Assembly: GCA_022652945.1 (NCBI GenBank)
Contig: JALCRV010000003.1
Coordinates: 88,128 to 152,127, forward strand
Length of the DNA stretch: 64,000 nt
Source: Bacilli bacterium
GTDB lineage: Bacteria; Bacillota_I; Bacilli_A; RFN20; CAG-288
Direction: 5' to 3'
In this document: positions 17,197 to 26,276 of the stretch, piece after piece
How positions within the stretch are numbered: position 1 is the first letter of the stretch
Layout of the letters: every line of letters starts with the position of its first letter
Position numbers and translations under genes: made by a program
Notes under the pieces: generated by a model
What the model saw: only the letters and a program-made list of their open reading frames with translations
Databases searched by the model: none
Told to the model about the DNA's origin: nothing

Positions 17197-18498
17197 ATGC
17201 AGGATTTCCTCTGGGGTGTTGGCACATCAGCTTACGAGATTGAAGGGGCCTTTGACGTTGGGAAGAAGGGGAGATCTGTTCTAGATAATTTAGCCCACAG
17301 CGTCTCTTTGATTAAAGATGGAACAAACGGTGATCAAGGTGCGGACTTTTTCCACTCCTTCCATGAAGATATCCTTCTTCTTAAGGAGTTAGGGGTTAAT
17401 TCTTTCCGTTTCTCCTTATCCTGGCCGAGAATCATTACCGATGGTAAAAGCGAAGTCAGCCAATTCGGCTTGAACTTTTATTCCCAGGTAATCGATGAAT
17501 TGATCGCTAACGGCATCGAGCCGATTATTTGTATATATGATTGGGATATGCCGGCTGTTTTGGCTATCGAAGGAGGATTGCTTTCTCCAGAGATGCCGAA
17601 GTGGTTTGCGTTTTATACCGAGACTGTCGTTAAAGCTTTCGGCGATAGAGTAAAGAAATGGATTACTTTCCGCGATCCGGAAATCGCTATCGGCGGAGGC
17701 ATTTATAAAGGGTTATTTATTCCGTGGCTGAAGTTAAAGACACCTCTGCTTTCTTTGGCTCTTAAGAACTTTTTCTATCTCCATGCCGCAGCTTCAAAGA
17801 TTATTAAAGATAACTGCAAAGACGGCTTGGTTGGTATCGGCTCTTATGCCGAAGGCATTCTTCCTAATACCAAAAAGAAAGAAGATGTAAAAAAACTTCA
17901 AGAGATTTATTTCGCTCAGAATCAGGATAATATCTTAACTACGCCTCCTTTATTTATGGATGCGATTTTCTTAAAGGAAGTAAATAAGCAGTATCGTTCT
18001 TTGCTGCAGATAGAGAATGTCAAAGATGAAAGAGCCTTTTTAAAAAAGATCAACTCTGTGACCGATTTTATCGCCCTTGATATTTTCTCTTCTTACGTAA
18101 ATAACGGTCAGCCGCCTAATCCGAATCTGACATTTAGCTCTGATTTACAAGCGGCGAATTCGCTTTATTGGGTCTGTAAGTTCTTCTATCAAAGATATAA
18201 TGTCCCGCTGCTGATCAACGGCACCGGAATCAACACCTTCCAAGAAGGAGTTCACGATAAGACCAGAATCGAATATCTGAAGAGATGCTTGACCAGCTTA
18301 GATAAGTTAAAGCAAGAGAAGGTCCAGCTTATAGGCTTCTGTCATTGGTCCTTCCTTGATGGATTCGAGATGCAGGATGGTTATTCAGCTCAGTATGGCT
18401 TAGTCAGCGTCGATCGCAAGACGATGGCCAGAGAGAAGAAAGATTCGTTTAATTTCTATAAAGAAGCTATATCACAGGAGGAAAAACATAATGGATGA
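17197..18498 (+). CDS. GH1-like protein lacking both canonical catalytic glutamates (possible pseudoenzyme)
   Basis: The GH1 N-terminal signature 'FLWGVGTSAYEIEGA', 'RFSLSWPRI' and the C-terminal 'HWSFLDGFEMQDGYSAQYGLVSVD' are present. However, 'WITFRDP' replaces W-x-T-x-NEP, and 'LLINGTG' replaces I-T-E-N-G. Confidence 0.75.
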   Translation: MQDFLWGVGTSAYEIEGAFDVGKKGRSVLDNLAHSVSLIKDGTNGDQGADFFHSFHEDILLLKELGVNSFRFSLSWPRIITDGKSEVSQFGLNFYSQVIDELIANGIEPIICIYDWDMPAVLAIEGGLLSPEMPKWFAFYTETVVKAFGDRVKKWITFRDPEIAIGGGIYKGLFIPWLKLKTPLLSLALKNFFYLHAAASKIIKDNCKDGLVGIGSYAEGILPNTKKKEDVKKLQEIYFAQNQDNILTTPPLFMDAIFLKEVNKQYRSLLQIENVKDERAFLKKINSVTDFIALDIFSSYVNNGQPPNPNLTFSSDLQAANSLYWVCKFFYQRYNVPLLINGTGINTFQEGVHDKTRIEYLKRCLTSLDKLKQEKVQLIGFCHWSFLDGFEMQDGYSAQYGLVSVDRKTMAREKKDSFNFYKEAISQEEKHNG

Positions 18499-19504
18499 GA
18501 TAGTCTCAATTACTAATAACCTTGGGATGAGTGTGACTTGTTCCACGGTCGGGGCGGGTCTAGTTGATATTAAGGTTCCTGATAAAGATGGAAAGATTGA
18601 GTCGGTCTTGGTAAGGCCGGCTAAATATTCCCAGTACTATCATGCAAAAGGGAGCTTTGGCAAACCTTGCGGCAGGACCGCAGGAAGAATCTCTCCGAAG
18701 ACTTTTACCATCGATGGGAAGTCATATACGATTGAAACCGGCAACGATAAGACCTTCGCCCTTCACGGAGGAAAAGAAGGCTATTCTGACAAGACTTTTG
18801 ATTATAAGAGGGAAGTGGCTGATGATCATTATTCCTTGATTTTCACATATCTTTCTAAAGATGGTGAAGGTGGGTATCCTGGCAACCTGAAGGTTACTAT
18901 TACTTATACGATTTTCAATGATCAGTATCGTCTGCTGATTCATTATGGGGCGACGACTGATAAACCTACTTTATGCAATATCACCTGTCACGCTTATTTC
19001 AATATGTCGGGAGAAGCTAAGAGAAACATCCTTAACCAAGTGATGTTTATCAACGCTTCTAAAGTCGGGGAAGTCAACGAAAACACGGTCGCTATTAAGC
19101 TAAATCCGGTCGATAAGGCTTTCGATTTCCGTAAGCCTCATAAGATTGGAGATTATATTGAATTGCCGGAAGTGCAGAAATATACGCTTGGCTATGATAT
19201 TCCTTACGCTTTGGATAAACAGGGCAAGGATGTTTTACAGGCTTCAGTCTGGGATGAGGAATCCGGACGCTTATTGGAAATCTATACTTCTTACGATGCG
19301 GTTGTCTGCTACTCCTCTAACCATCCTTCCGAATATATCATACAGAACGGCAACGAATTAGGAAAATACGATGGTATCTGTCTTGAAATGCAGTACTTCC
19401 CTAATTCGATTAATTCGCCTTTTATTAAAGAAAAGAAAGATATTCTTCGTCCGGGGAAGGATTACGATAACTTCATCGAGTATCGCTTCTCCATTAAAAA
19501 GTAG
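18491..19504 (+). CDS. galM: Aldose 1-epimerase (galactose mutarotase family)
   Basis: It has 'FALHGG', 'NITCHAYFNM' and 'LEMQYFPNS'. It overlaps the GH1-like gene by 8 nt. Confidence 0.85.
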   Translation: MDEIVSITNNLGMSVTCSTVGAGLVDIKVPDKDGKIESVLVRPAKYSQYYHAKGSFGKPCGRTAGRISPKTFTIDGKSYTIETGNDKTFALHGGKEGYSDKTFDYKREVADDHYSLIFTYLSKDGEGGYPGNLKVTITYTIFNDQYRLLIHYGATTDKPTLCNITCHAYFNMSGEAKRNILNQVMFINASKVGEVNENTVAIKLNPVDKAFDFRKPHKIGDYIELPEVQKYTLGYDIPYALDKQGKDVLQASVWDEESGRLLEIYTSYDAVVCYSSNHPSEYIIQNGNELGKYDGICLEMQYFPNSINSPFIKEKKDILRPGKDYDNFIEYRFSIKK

Positions 19505-19522
19505 TCTTAAGTTTCTACCTTC

Positions 19523-19549
19523 AGCCGCTTAATTTTAAGCGGCTTTTTT
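19523..19549. terminator. Bidirectional rho-independent terminator (galM / vsr)
   Basis: A perfect 10-bp stem AGCCGCTTAA-tt-TTAAGCGGCT is followed by TTTTTT. Confidence 0.8.
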
Positions 19550-19979
19550 ATTCTTCACCATAAGGATTTTTAGCTGTTTTATAGGCTTCTTCGACAATAT
19601 CAGCTAGACGGGAAACGTCTTTATTGATGTCATTTTCCCAGAGGCGGATAACTAGATAACCTTCCTGCTGAAGTTTTAAGGTGTATTCATTATCGCGTTT
19701 CATGTTGGTTTCGATTTTCTTTAACCAGTAAGAACGGTGGGATTTGATATCTTTTTTTCTGTTTTCCCAATCTCGGCCATGCCAGAAGTCTCCATCGACA
19801 AAAATAACGATCTTTTCCTTAGGGAAGGCGATATCAGGGTGACCGAGTATTTTCCCGTAGTTAACGCGATAACGGAGACCACGACTAAATAAAGCCTTCC
19901 TAAGCTTTAATTCCGGATTGGTGTTCTTACCTCTGATTAAGGCCATTTCGGCGCTGATTTGTTCTTTTGATCTTTTCAT
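19548..19979 (-). CDS. vsr: Very-short-patch repair endonuclease (Vsr)
   Basis: 'ISAEMALIRGKNTNPELKLRKALFSRGLRYRVN...HPDIAFPKEKIVIFVDGDFWHG...YWLKKIETNMKRD...GYLVIRLWE' matches the Vsr pattern. Confidence 0.85.
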   Translation of the reverse strand: MKRSKEQISAEMALIRGKNTNPELKLRKALFSRGLRYRVNYGKILGHPDIAFPKEKIVIFVDGDFWHGRDWENRKKDIKSHRSYWLKKIETNMKRDNEYTLKLQQEGYLVIRLWENDINKDVSRLADIVEEAYKTAKNPYGEE

Positions 19980-20020
19980 TTTTTATTTCTTAGACCATTT
20001 TAGGCCTTTTAAGGCATTAT

Positions 20021-20039
20021 GTTAGGTGACAAAGTTAAG
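20021..20039. repeat. Copy 1 of a ~20-nt motif TGTTAGGTGACAA(A)GTT(T)AAG, forming the left outer inverted repeat of the GC-rich insert
   Basis: GTTAGGTGACAAAGTTAAG here has an inverted near-copy at 21137-21157 and a direct near-copy at 36358-36378. Confidence 0.7.
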
Positions 20040-20210
20040 TATACGAAACAGGATTGATCCGTCCGCTCCTGCCCAGACGTCCGATTCTTTTGCGTTTACC
20101 ATGTCAAATCTTTGACATCCGCCCTCTTTTGTGTCATATTCTGGGCATGGCGAAAGTGGAGCCTCCGATGAATGTGTCAGACTCATCGCAAAGCTCTTTA
20201 CATAGATGGT

Positions 20211-21060
20211 TTAGCCCCGCTCCCGCCTGCCCTCACACGCCGTCCTGAACTATTTCTTCAGGACGACTTTTCTTTTGCCTATCTTCCTTGCCGGCATCTT
20301 GTCCATGATCTCCTTGCCGAACCTGCGCTCCATCAGCTCATAGGGTGTCCTGTCGCCCTTCGAGGGGCGGACGGCGGAGTCGATGTTCGACATCATCTCG
20401 TCGACGCCGTCCTGCGTCAGATCGTCCATGCTCTTGCCCTTGGGCATGAAGTAGCGTATGTACTCGTGGCACCTCTCGCACTCGGCCTTGTCCGTCGCCC
20501 TGTACGGCCCTGCGTAGAACGTGCGGCAGAGCTTCTCGCCTCCTCGCTCCTCTATGCAGTAGAACGTGAGGAACTCGGTCCCGTTGTCGCAGAGACAGCA
20601 TCCTAACAGCTCCCGCGCCTCGCCGTCGGTGAAGCGGGCCATCAGGCCCCTGATCGCCGAAAGGGCGCTGGACGGGTCTCCTTTCCTGATGAGGAGACCC
20701 AGCTGGAAGTCGTATTCCTTCCATGTCACGGTAAGTATCGCCGCCTCGTCGGACTGCATCCCTATCACCGAGTCGAACTGCACCACCACGGCCCTCCTGT
20801 GCTTGGCGACGTACAGGAGGAAGTCGGTGTATGTCCTGCCGATGATCTTGGAAATGTCCTTGAGCATGTAGGCCTTCCTGGGCTTGGCGTAGGAATGCCT
20901 GTAGACCACGTACATCCTCAGCTCGCTCGGGCTGGCACTGAGCCGGCGCTGGTAGCAGAGGCGCCTGATCGTCCTCTCGTATTAATTGCAAGTTAATTTT
21001 CACCAATTATGATGTTTTGGCTTTCACCATTTGTGATGGGCAGGCGGAGGGCGGGGCTGA
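20211..21060 (-). mobile_element. Degenerate IS30-family insertion sequence (imperfect terminal inverted repeats, 5'-truncated transposase)
   Basis: The IR TTAGCCCCGCTCCCGCCTGCCCTCACA (20211-20237) pairs with the reverse complement of 21032-21060, TCAGCCCCGCCCTCCGCCTGCCCATCACA. The transposase stop lies 13 nt from the first IR. Sampled 60-nt lines are 55-68% GC against 38% in the flank. Confidence 0.65.
20250..20981 (-). pseudogene. IS30-family DDE transposase fragment lacking the N-terminal HTH region
   Basis: It has 'FDSVIGMQSDEAAILTV', 'CDNGTEF' and 'ECERCHEYIRYFMPKGKSMDDLTQDGVDEMMSNIDSAVRPSKGDRTPYELM', which fit D..D..E spacing and an IS30-like tail. The in-frame coding-like sequence ('YERTIRRLCYQRRLSASPSELR') runs up to a TAA at 20982-20984, exactly where GC-rich DNA ends. 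Confidence 0.6.
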
Positions 21061-21136
21061 GATGATTATGGCACGCGATGAAAAAAATTTTTTCGAGCCA
21101 CTAGTGGCTCAGTGGCAAGGATACATACTGCTTTGC

Positions 21137-21157
21137 TTTTAACTTGTCACTTAACAC
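21137..21157. repeat. Copy 2 (inverted) of the ~20-nt motif, forming the right outer inverted repeat of the GC-rich insert
   Basis: The reverse complement GTGTTAAGTGACAAGTTAAAA aligns with 20020-20040. 'AGGCATTA' occurs just outside both copies (20012-20019 and 21163-21170). Confidence 0.6.
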
Positions 21158-21241
21158 TTTTTAGGCATTAATTATAATTGTTGTCAACAAATCACTTTAG
21201 ATTTAGAATACTTTTATATGTTTAGAAAGAAGGAAAAACCA

Positions 21242-24136
21242 ATGAAGAATTACACTCTTGAGCAATCGAAGTATATAGAGGAAATTCATTCCGAAATGAA
21301 GATTTATACTCACGATAAGACGGGAGCTCGTATTTGCTGCATCAGCAACGACGATACGAACAAAGTTTTCGCAATCGCTTTTAGAACTCCTCCTATTAAT
21401 TCCACCGGGTTAACTCATATTCTGGAACATTCGGTTCTTTGCGGCTCGAAGAAGTTCCCGGTTAAAGATCCTTTCTTGGAAATGATGAAAGGCTCTTTGA
21501 ACACATTCTTAAACGCTTTTACTTTTCCTGATAAAACCGTCTATCCTGTCGCTTCTCAAAATGAAAAAGATTTTAAGAACTTGATGGAAGTCTATATGGA
21601 TGCTGTGTTGTATCCTAACATCTATAAGAGAGAAGAAATCTTCCGCCAAGAAGGCTGGAGATATGAAATCTTCGATAAAAAGGATTCTTTAGTCTATAAC
21701 GGGGTTGTCTATAACGAAATGAAAGGTGCCTTCTCGAATCCTGATGATATTCTCTTTAGAAATATGATGCATAGTCTGTTTCCTGATAACGCCTATCAAT
21801 ATGAATCAGGCGGGGAACCTTCAGTTATTCCGGAACTTACCTATAAACAATTCAAAGAATTCCATAAGAAGTATTACAGCCCGTCCAATTCTTATATCTA
21901 TCTTTATGGCAATTGCGATATGGAAGAAAGACTTGAATGGTTGGATAAGGAATACCTCTCGAAGTTTGAACGTGTTGACTTCGATACCAGGATTGCTCTG
22001 CAGCCGGATTTTAATAAGCTTAACGAAGTGAAACTGCCGTATCCGATCGGTCAAGAAGAGAGCGAAGATCATAAAGCGATGTTCGCTTATTCGATGGCTT
22101 TAAAAGATCGTAAGGATGCGCTTCTTGGGGTGGCGATTCAGATTCTCGATGCCGTCTTGGTCAATGATCCGGGGGCACCTTTAAAGAAGGCTTTCTTGGA
22201 TGCCGGAATTGGCGACAGCGTAGATATTGGGAGTGACGCAGGACTTGTTCAGCCGATTATTTTCTTGATAATTAAAAATGCCAACCTCGAGGATAGAGAT
22301 AAGTTGCTTCAAGTTTACCGCGACACTTTACAATCAATTGCTCAAAAAGGCCTCGACCATAAATCTATCGCTTCTCACATTGATAACATTGAATTTGCCC
22401 TCAGGGAAGATAAGTTTGGCAGCACGCCTAAAGGCCTGGATTATGTTCTCAATTCACTTAATTCATGGCTTTACGATGATAATGATGCTTCTTCGGAATT
22501 CGAGGTCCTTAAGTTATTCCCGATTTTAAGAGAAAAGCTTGAGCAGGGTTATTTTGAAGATGTCATTAAGAACGTTTTCTTAAGCCAAGTTCACGCTTCT
22601 TTGGTTGAACTTTATCCTTCGAAGACTATTCAAGCGGAGAAAGATAAAAAGTTGGTGGAAAAGCTGGCCGCTTATAAGGCCTCGCTTACCGATAAACAGA
22701 TTGATGAACTGATTAAGAAGAGCAATGAGCTTAGAGCCTACCAGGCTGCTCCTTCCACGCCTGAAGAAATCAACACTTTGCCCAAGCTGAAGAAAGAAGA
22801 TTTGACTGATAAGCCGAAGAATTATGCCTGTCAGAAGATCGATGAAGGATTCGATTCATATTTTGAGAATTATGTGACTAATGGCATCTGCTACGGGACC
22901 TTCGCTTTCGATATGTCAAAACTCCCCATACAGTATGTCCAATATCTGTCTTTATTAACCAACATTTTTTCTAGGCTTCCCACCGAGAAAAAGGATTTAC
23001 AGGCTCTAAATAGCGAAGTATTAGCTAAAGCCGGGGTGATTAATTTTAACTTTACGATTACCAAAGACCTTGAAAGACGTGATAAGAGTTTGCTTACCGC
23101 CTCTTTCTCCTCTTTAAGCAAGAATATGTCTTCCGTCATCGATCTGCTAAGAGAAATCATCTTTGAGACCAAGTTTGATGATGAGCATTTATATGAAGTC
23201 ATCTGCGCAGTGAAGAACGATATCTTAAGCTCTCTTAGTTACGGCGGGAATCGTTACGCCACTATGCGCTCTTTATCTCATTTCGATGAACTCGGTTATA
23301 AGAATGATCTAGTTAATGGAATCGGATTCTTGGATTTCGTGACCGATCTTTGCAATTCCTTCAAGGAAAAGAAAGAAGAAATCATTTCTTCTTTGATTAA
23401 GACTCGTGACTTTGTTTTCTGCCAGGAGCGTTTCCTTACTAACTTCACCGGCAGCCAAGAAGACTATAAAGCCTTCATCCTTGAAGCGAAACAGTTTAAG
23501 AAAGCCTTACCTTCCAACAAGGCAAAATGGGAATTCAATTATGTCCCGGATCATAAATCAGAAGCCATTAAGGCTCCTTATGATGTGGTCTTCTTGGGAA
23601 GAGGAGGCACGCTTACTGATTGTCCGTATCAGTTCTCCGGCAGCCTATTGACCTTGTCTAATGCGATTAATATCGATCATCTTTGGATGAAAATCAGAGT
23701 TAAAGGCGGAGCGTATGGAGCTTATGTAAATGTCGCTAATAACGGATCTTTCGCCTTTACCACTTACCGCGATCCTAATATCGCTTCCTCCGATGAAGTC
23801 TTCCTTTCCACTCCGGAATTTATCCAAGGGATTAATTTCACCGATGAGCAACTCCTCTCTTATAAGATTGGAGCATTGGGGGTCTTCAATGAAGTCTTCC
23901 ATGTCTCTAGACAAGGTAAAGAGGCCTTCAATCGAGCTCGTCTAGGTTTACGTTATGAAAACCTTGTGCAGCAGTATGAGGGGCTTATTAATGCGACCGA
24001 TGCCGACTTAAAACAGTTCGCCGAGCCCTTTAGACGCGGCTTAAAGGGCACTTCTTTAGTGGCCTTAGGCTCTGGCAAGCTTATCGAGCAGAACAAAGGC
24101 ATGTTCGATATAATCCGCGACTTAATTAAGGAGTAA
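21242..24136 (+). CDS. M16C-family (PreP/insulinase-like) zinc metallopeptidase
   Basis: It has the inverted zinc motif 'GLTHILEHSVLCGSKKFP' (HxxEH) and 'YNEMKGAFS', and is ~960 aa. The ATG at 21242 is preceded by GAAGGAAAAA. The ORF is open from 21218. Confidence 0.85.
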   Translation: MKNYTLEQSKYIEEIHSEMKIYTHDKTGARICCISNDDTNKVFAIAFRTPPINSTGLTHILEHSVLCGSKKFPVKDPFLEMMKGSLNTFLNAFTFPDKTVYPVASQNEKDFKNLMEVYMDAVLYPNIYKREEIFRQEGWRYEIFDKKDSLVYNGVVYNEMKGAFSNPDDILFRNMMHSLFPDNAYQYESGGEPSVIPELTYKQFKEFHKKYYSPSNSYIYLYGNCDMEERLEWLDKEYLSKFERVDFDTRIALQPDFNKLNEVKLPYPIGQEESEDHKAMFAYSMALKDRKDALLGVAIQILDAVLVNDPGAPLKKAFLDAGIGDSVDIGSDAGLVQPIIFLIIKNANLEDRDKLLQVYRDTLQSIAQKGLDHKSIASHIDNIEFALREDKFGSTPKGLDYVLNSLNSWLYDDNDASSEFEVLKLFPILREKLEQGYFEDVIKNVFLSQVHASLVELYPSKTIQAEKDKKLVEKLAAYKASLTDKQIDELIKKSNELRAYQAAPSTPEEINTLPKLKKEDLTDKPKNYACQKIDEGFDSYFENYVTNGICYGTFAFDMSKLPIQYVQYLSLLTNIFSRLPTEKKDLQALNSEVLAKAGVINFNFTITKDLERRDKSLLTASFSSLSKNMSSVIDLLREIIFETKFDDEHLYEVICAVKNDILSSLSYGGNRYATMRSLSHFDELGYKNDLVNGIGFLDFVTDLCNSFKEKKEEIISSLIKTRDFVFCQERFLTNFTGSQEDYKAFILEAKQFKKALPSNKAKWEFNYVPDHKSEAIKAPYDVVFLGRGGTLTDCPYQFSGSLLTLSNAINIDHLWMKIRVKGGAYGAYVNVANNGSFAFTTYRDPNIASSDEVFLSTPEFIQGINFTDEQLLSYKIGALGVFNEVFHVSRQGKEAFNRARLGLRYENLVQQYEGLINATDADLKQFAEPFRRGLKGTSLVALGSGKLIEQNKGMFDIIRDLIKE

Positions 24137-24146
24137 CTACGTAAAA

Positions 24147-24190
24147 AGGTCTATGATTTGATACGTATTTTGAATCCTAGACCTTTTTTA
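24147..24190 (+). terminator. Rho-independent terminator after the M16C gene
   Basis: An AGGTCTA...TAGACCT stem is followed by TTTTTT. The loop is fairly large. Confidence 0.5.
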
Positions 24191-24258
24191 GTGCCTTATT
24201 TACCTGCAACAAATTCTAGTCCGCAAGTCGTAATAATTATTCCATAAACCGGAATATG

Positions 24259-24669
24259 TTACATTATCCATTCGAATTCGATGTAGTCTGCCCTTACATC
24301 CAGGCATATATAAGTATCGCAAAATAATTTTATGATGATAGATTCGTAACCAATGTAATGATACAGGTATTCAAGACATCCTTCTTTAGCCTTTTTACAT
24401 AATTGCTTATTGTCGATGTGAGCATAAGTATCATTACACAAAGGTGTTTTATAGTCCTTTAATTCAAATGTATCAAAATCATCAAGCAAATGAATTTTAA
24501 CAATTAAGGATTTTGCTTCAGGCTGATGACATTTGATGGATTCGCGTGCCGAAATATTATCTTCAAAAAAGAAGGTAAGTAAATCTTGTTTAATATCAAC
24601 TTTCTTTACGACACAGTCATGTAGAGACGGTATGGTAGGAATATTCCCTTTATTTAGATAATAAATCAT
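24259..24669 (-). CDS. Hypothetical protein (136 aa, Cys-rich, no recognised motif)
   Basis: It is an uninterrupted ORF in AT-rich DNA, wedged between the M16C terminator and the guaA 3' end. I recognise no family motif. Confidence 0.5.
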   Translation of the reverse strand: MIYYLNKGNIPTIPSLHDCVVKKVDIKQDLLTFFFEDNISARESIKCHQPEAKSLIVKIHLLDDFDTFELKDYKTPLCNDTYAHIDNKQLCKKAKEGCLEYLYHYIGYESIIIKLFCDTYICLDVRADYIEFEWIM

Positions 24670-24709
24670 TCTATTTCCAAATTTACTAAATAGATCTACT
24701 TAAAGTAGA

Positions 24710-26239
24710 CTACTCCCACTCAATTGTTGACGGGGGTTTAGAGGTGATATCGTAAACCAATCGATTGACTCCTTTAACCTCGTTGATGATTCTTGTCGAG
24801 ACCTTCGAGAGGAAATCCATATCGAAGTGATAAAAGTCCGCAGTCATGCCATCGACTGAGGTGACAGCGCGGATTGCTAAGGTATGCATATAAGAACGCT
24901 GATCACCCATTACTCCTACGCTTCTATCAGAAGTCAAAACGCAGAAGTACTGCCAGATCTTTTTATCTAAACCAGCTTTTTTGACTTCATCGAGAAGGAT
25001 GGCATCCGCCTCCCTTAAGATGGAAAGCTTTTCAGGGGTGATATCCCCGATAATTCGAATAGCTAAGCCGGGGCCGGGGAAAGGCTGACGGGAGACAAAG
25101 GCTTCATCCAGACCTAATTTCTTACCTAGTTCTCTGACCTCATCTTTATATAATTCATCTAAGGGTTCGATTAACTTAAAGCCCAATTCTTTAGGAAGCC
25201 CTCCGACATTATGATGAGATTTAATAACGACCGAGGTTCCGCCTTGACCCGATTCGACTTTATCGGTATATAAGGTTCCTTGTCCGAGATACGTGAAATC
25301 ATCTCCGAGCTTTTTAGCTTCTTCTTTAAAGACATCGATGAAGGTTTTACCGATGATTTTACGTTTGGTCTCCGGATCGGTGACCCCTTGAAGGCGGGAA
25401 AGGAAAACAGCGGAAGCATCGATGCATTTTACGGGGATGCCAAGTTTTTCTTTGAAGGCGATATTCACTTGCTCCGCTTCATTTTTCCTTAATAAGCCGT
25501 GATCGATGAATAAGCAGGTAAGTTGATTGCCGATGGCTTTATGAAGCAAAACTGCAGTTACGGCGGAATCCACACCACCGGAGATTCCTAAAAGGACCTT
25601 CTTATCTCCGACTTCCTTTTTAATTGCTTTGGTCTTCTGCTCGATGTAATTATCTATCGACCACTCTTTGTTCGCGTGGCAGATATTGAAAACGAAGTTA
25701 GAAAGGATACCTTTACCTTGGACGGTATTAGTGACCTCCGGGTGGAATTGAATAGCAAAAATGTTATCTTTTTGAACCCCAGCGAACGCGGTGGATTTCG
25801 AGGAGGCGATATCGTTAAAGCCTTCAGGGGTCTTAACGACGGTATCACCGTGAGACATATAAACGATTGAATCAGTATTCAAGCCTTGGAATAAAGGGGA
25901 CGAAGTCTTAAAAAGGCAGGATGTGTTTCCATACTCTCTGATCTTTGAGGAAGCGACTTCTCCTCCGAGGACTTTTACGATCAACTGCATACCGTAGCAG
26001 ATACCTAAGACAGGGATACCTAAAGAAAGAATCTTGATATCGATTGAAGGGGCCAAAGGATCATTTACTGAGTTAGGGCCACCGGAGAGAATGATGCCTT
26101 TCACCCCAGACATCTTTTTAATCTCTTCTGCGGTTATAGTATTGGGAAGCAACAAGGAATAGACACCTAGATCCTTGATTCTTCTGACGATTAAGGCGTT
26201 GTACTGACTTCCGTAGTCCAAGACTAAGATTTGATCCAT
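24710..26239 (-). CDS. guaA: GMP synthase (glutamine-hydrolysing)
   Basis: The GATase part has 'GICYGMQL' and 'FAIQFHPEV'. The ATP-PPase part has 'GISGGVDSAV'. The C-terminus is 'PPSTIEWE'. Confidence 0.97.
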   Translation of the reverse strand: MDQILVLDYGSQYNALIVRRIKDLGVYSLLLPNTITAEEIKKMSGVKGIILSGGPNSVNDPLAPSIDIKILSLGIPVLGICYGMQLIVKVLGGEVASSKIREYGNTSCLFKTSSPLFQGLNTDSIVYMSHGDTVVKTPEGFNDIASSKSTAFAGVQKDNIFAIQFHPEVTNTVQGKGILSNFVFNICHANKEWSIDNYIEQKTKAIKKEVGDKKVLLGISGGVDSAVTAVLLHKAIGNQLTCLFIDHGLLRKNEAEQVNIAFKEKLGIPVKCIDASAVFLSRLQGVTDPETKRKIIGKTFIDVFKEEAKKLGDDFTYLGQGTLYTDKVESGQGGTSVVIKSHHNVGGLPKELGFKLIEPLDELYKDEVRELGKKLGLDEAFVSRQPFPGPGLAIRIIGDITPEKLSILREADAILLDEVKKAGLDKKIWQYFCVLTSDRSVGVMGDQRSYMHTLAIRAVTSVDGMTADFYHFDMDFLSKVSTRIINEVKGVNRLVYDITSKPPSTIEWE

Positions 26240-26276
26240 GTTTTTATTCCCCTTTGAATAAATTAACCAAAATTAA

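Noticed and set aside
20054-21006. Five overlapping ORFs lie in the GC-rich insert: 20054-20248, 20172-20606, 20338-21006, 20566-20871 and 20799-20996.
   Set aside because: High GC suppresses stop codons in all frames. Only the 20250-20981 frame shows transposase (DDE/IS30-like) motifs. The others are Arg/Pro/Ala-rich, as expected for off-frame translations.
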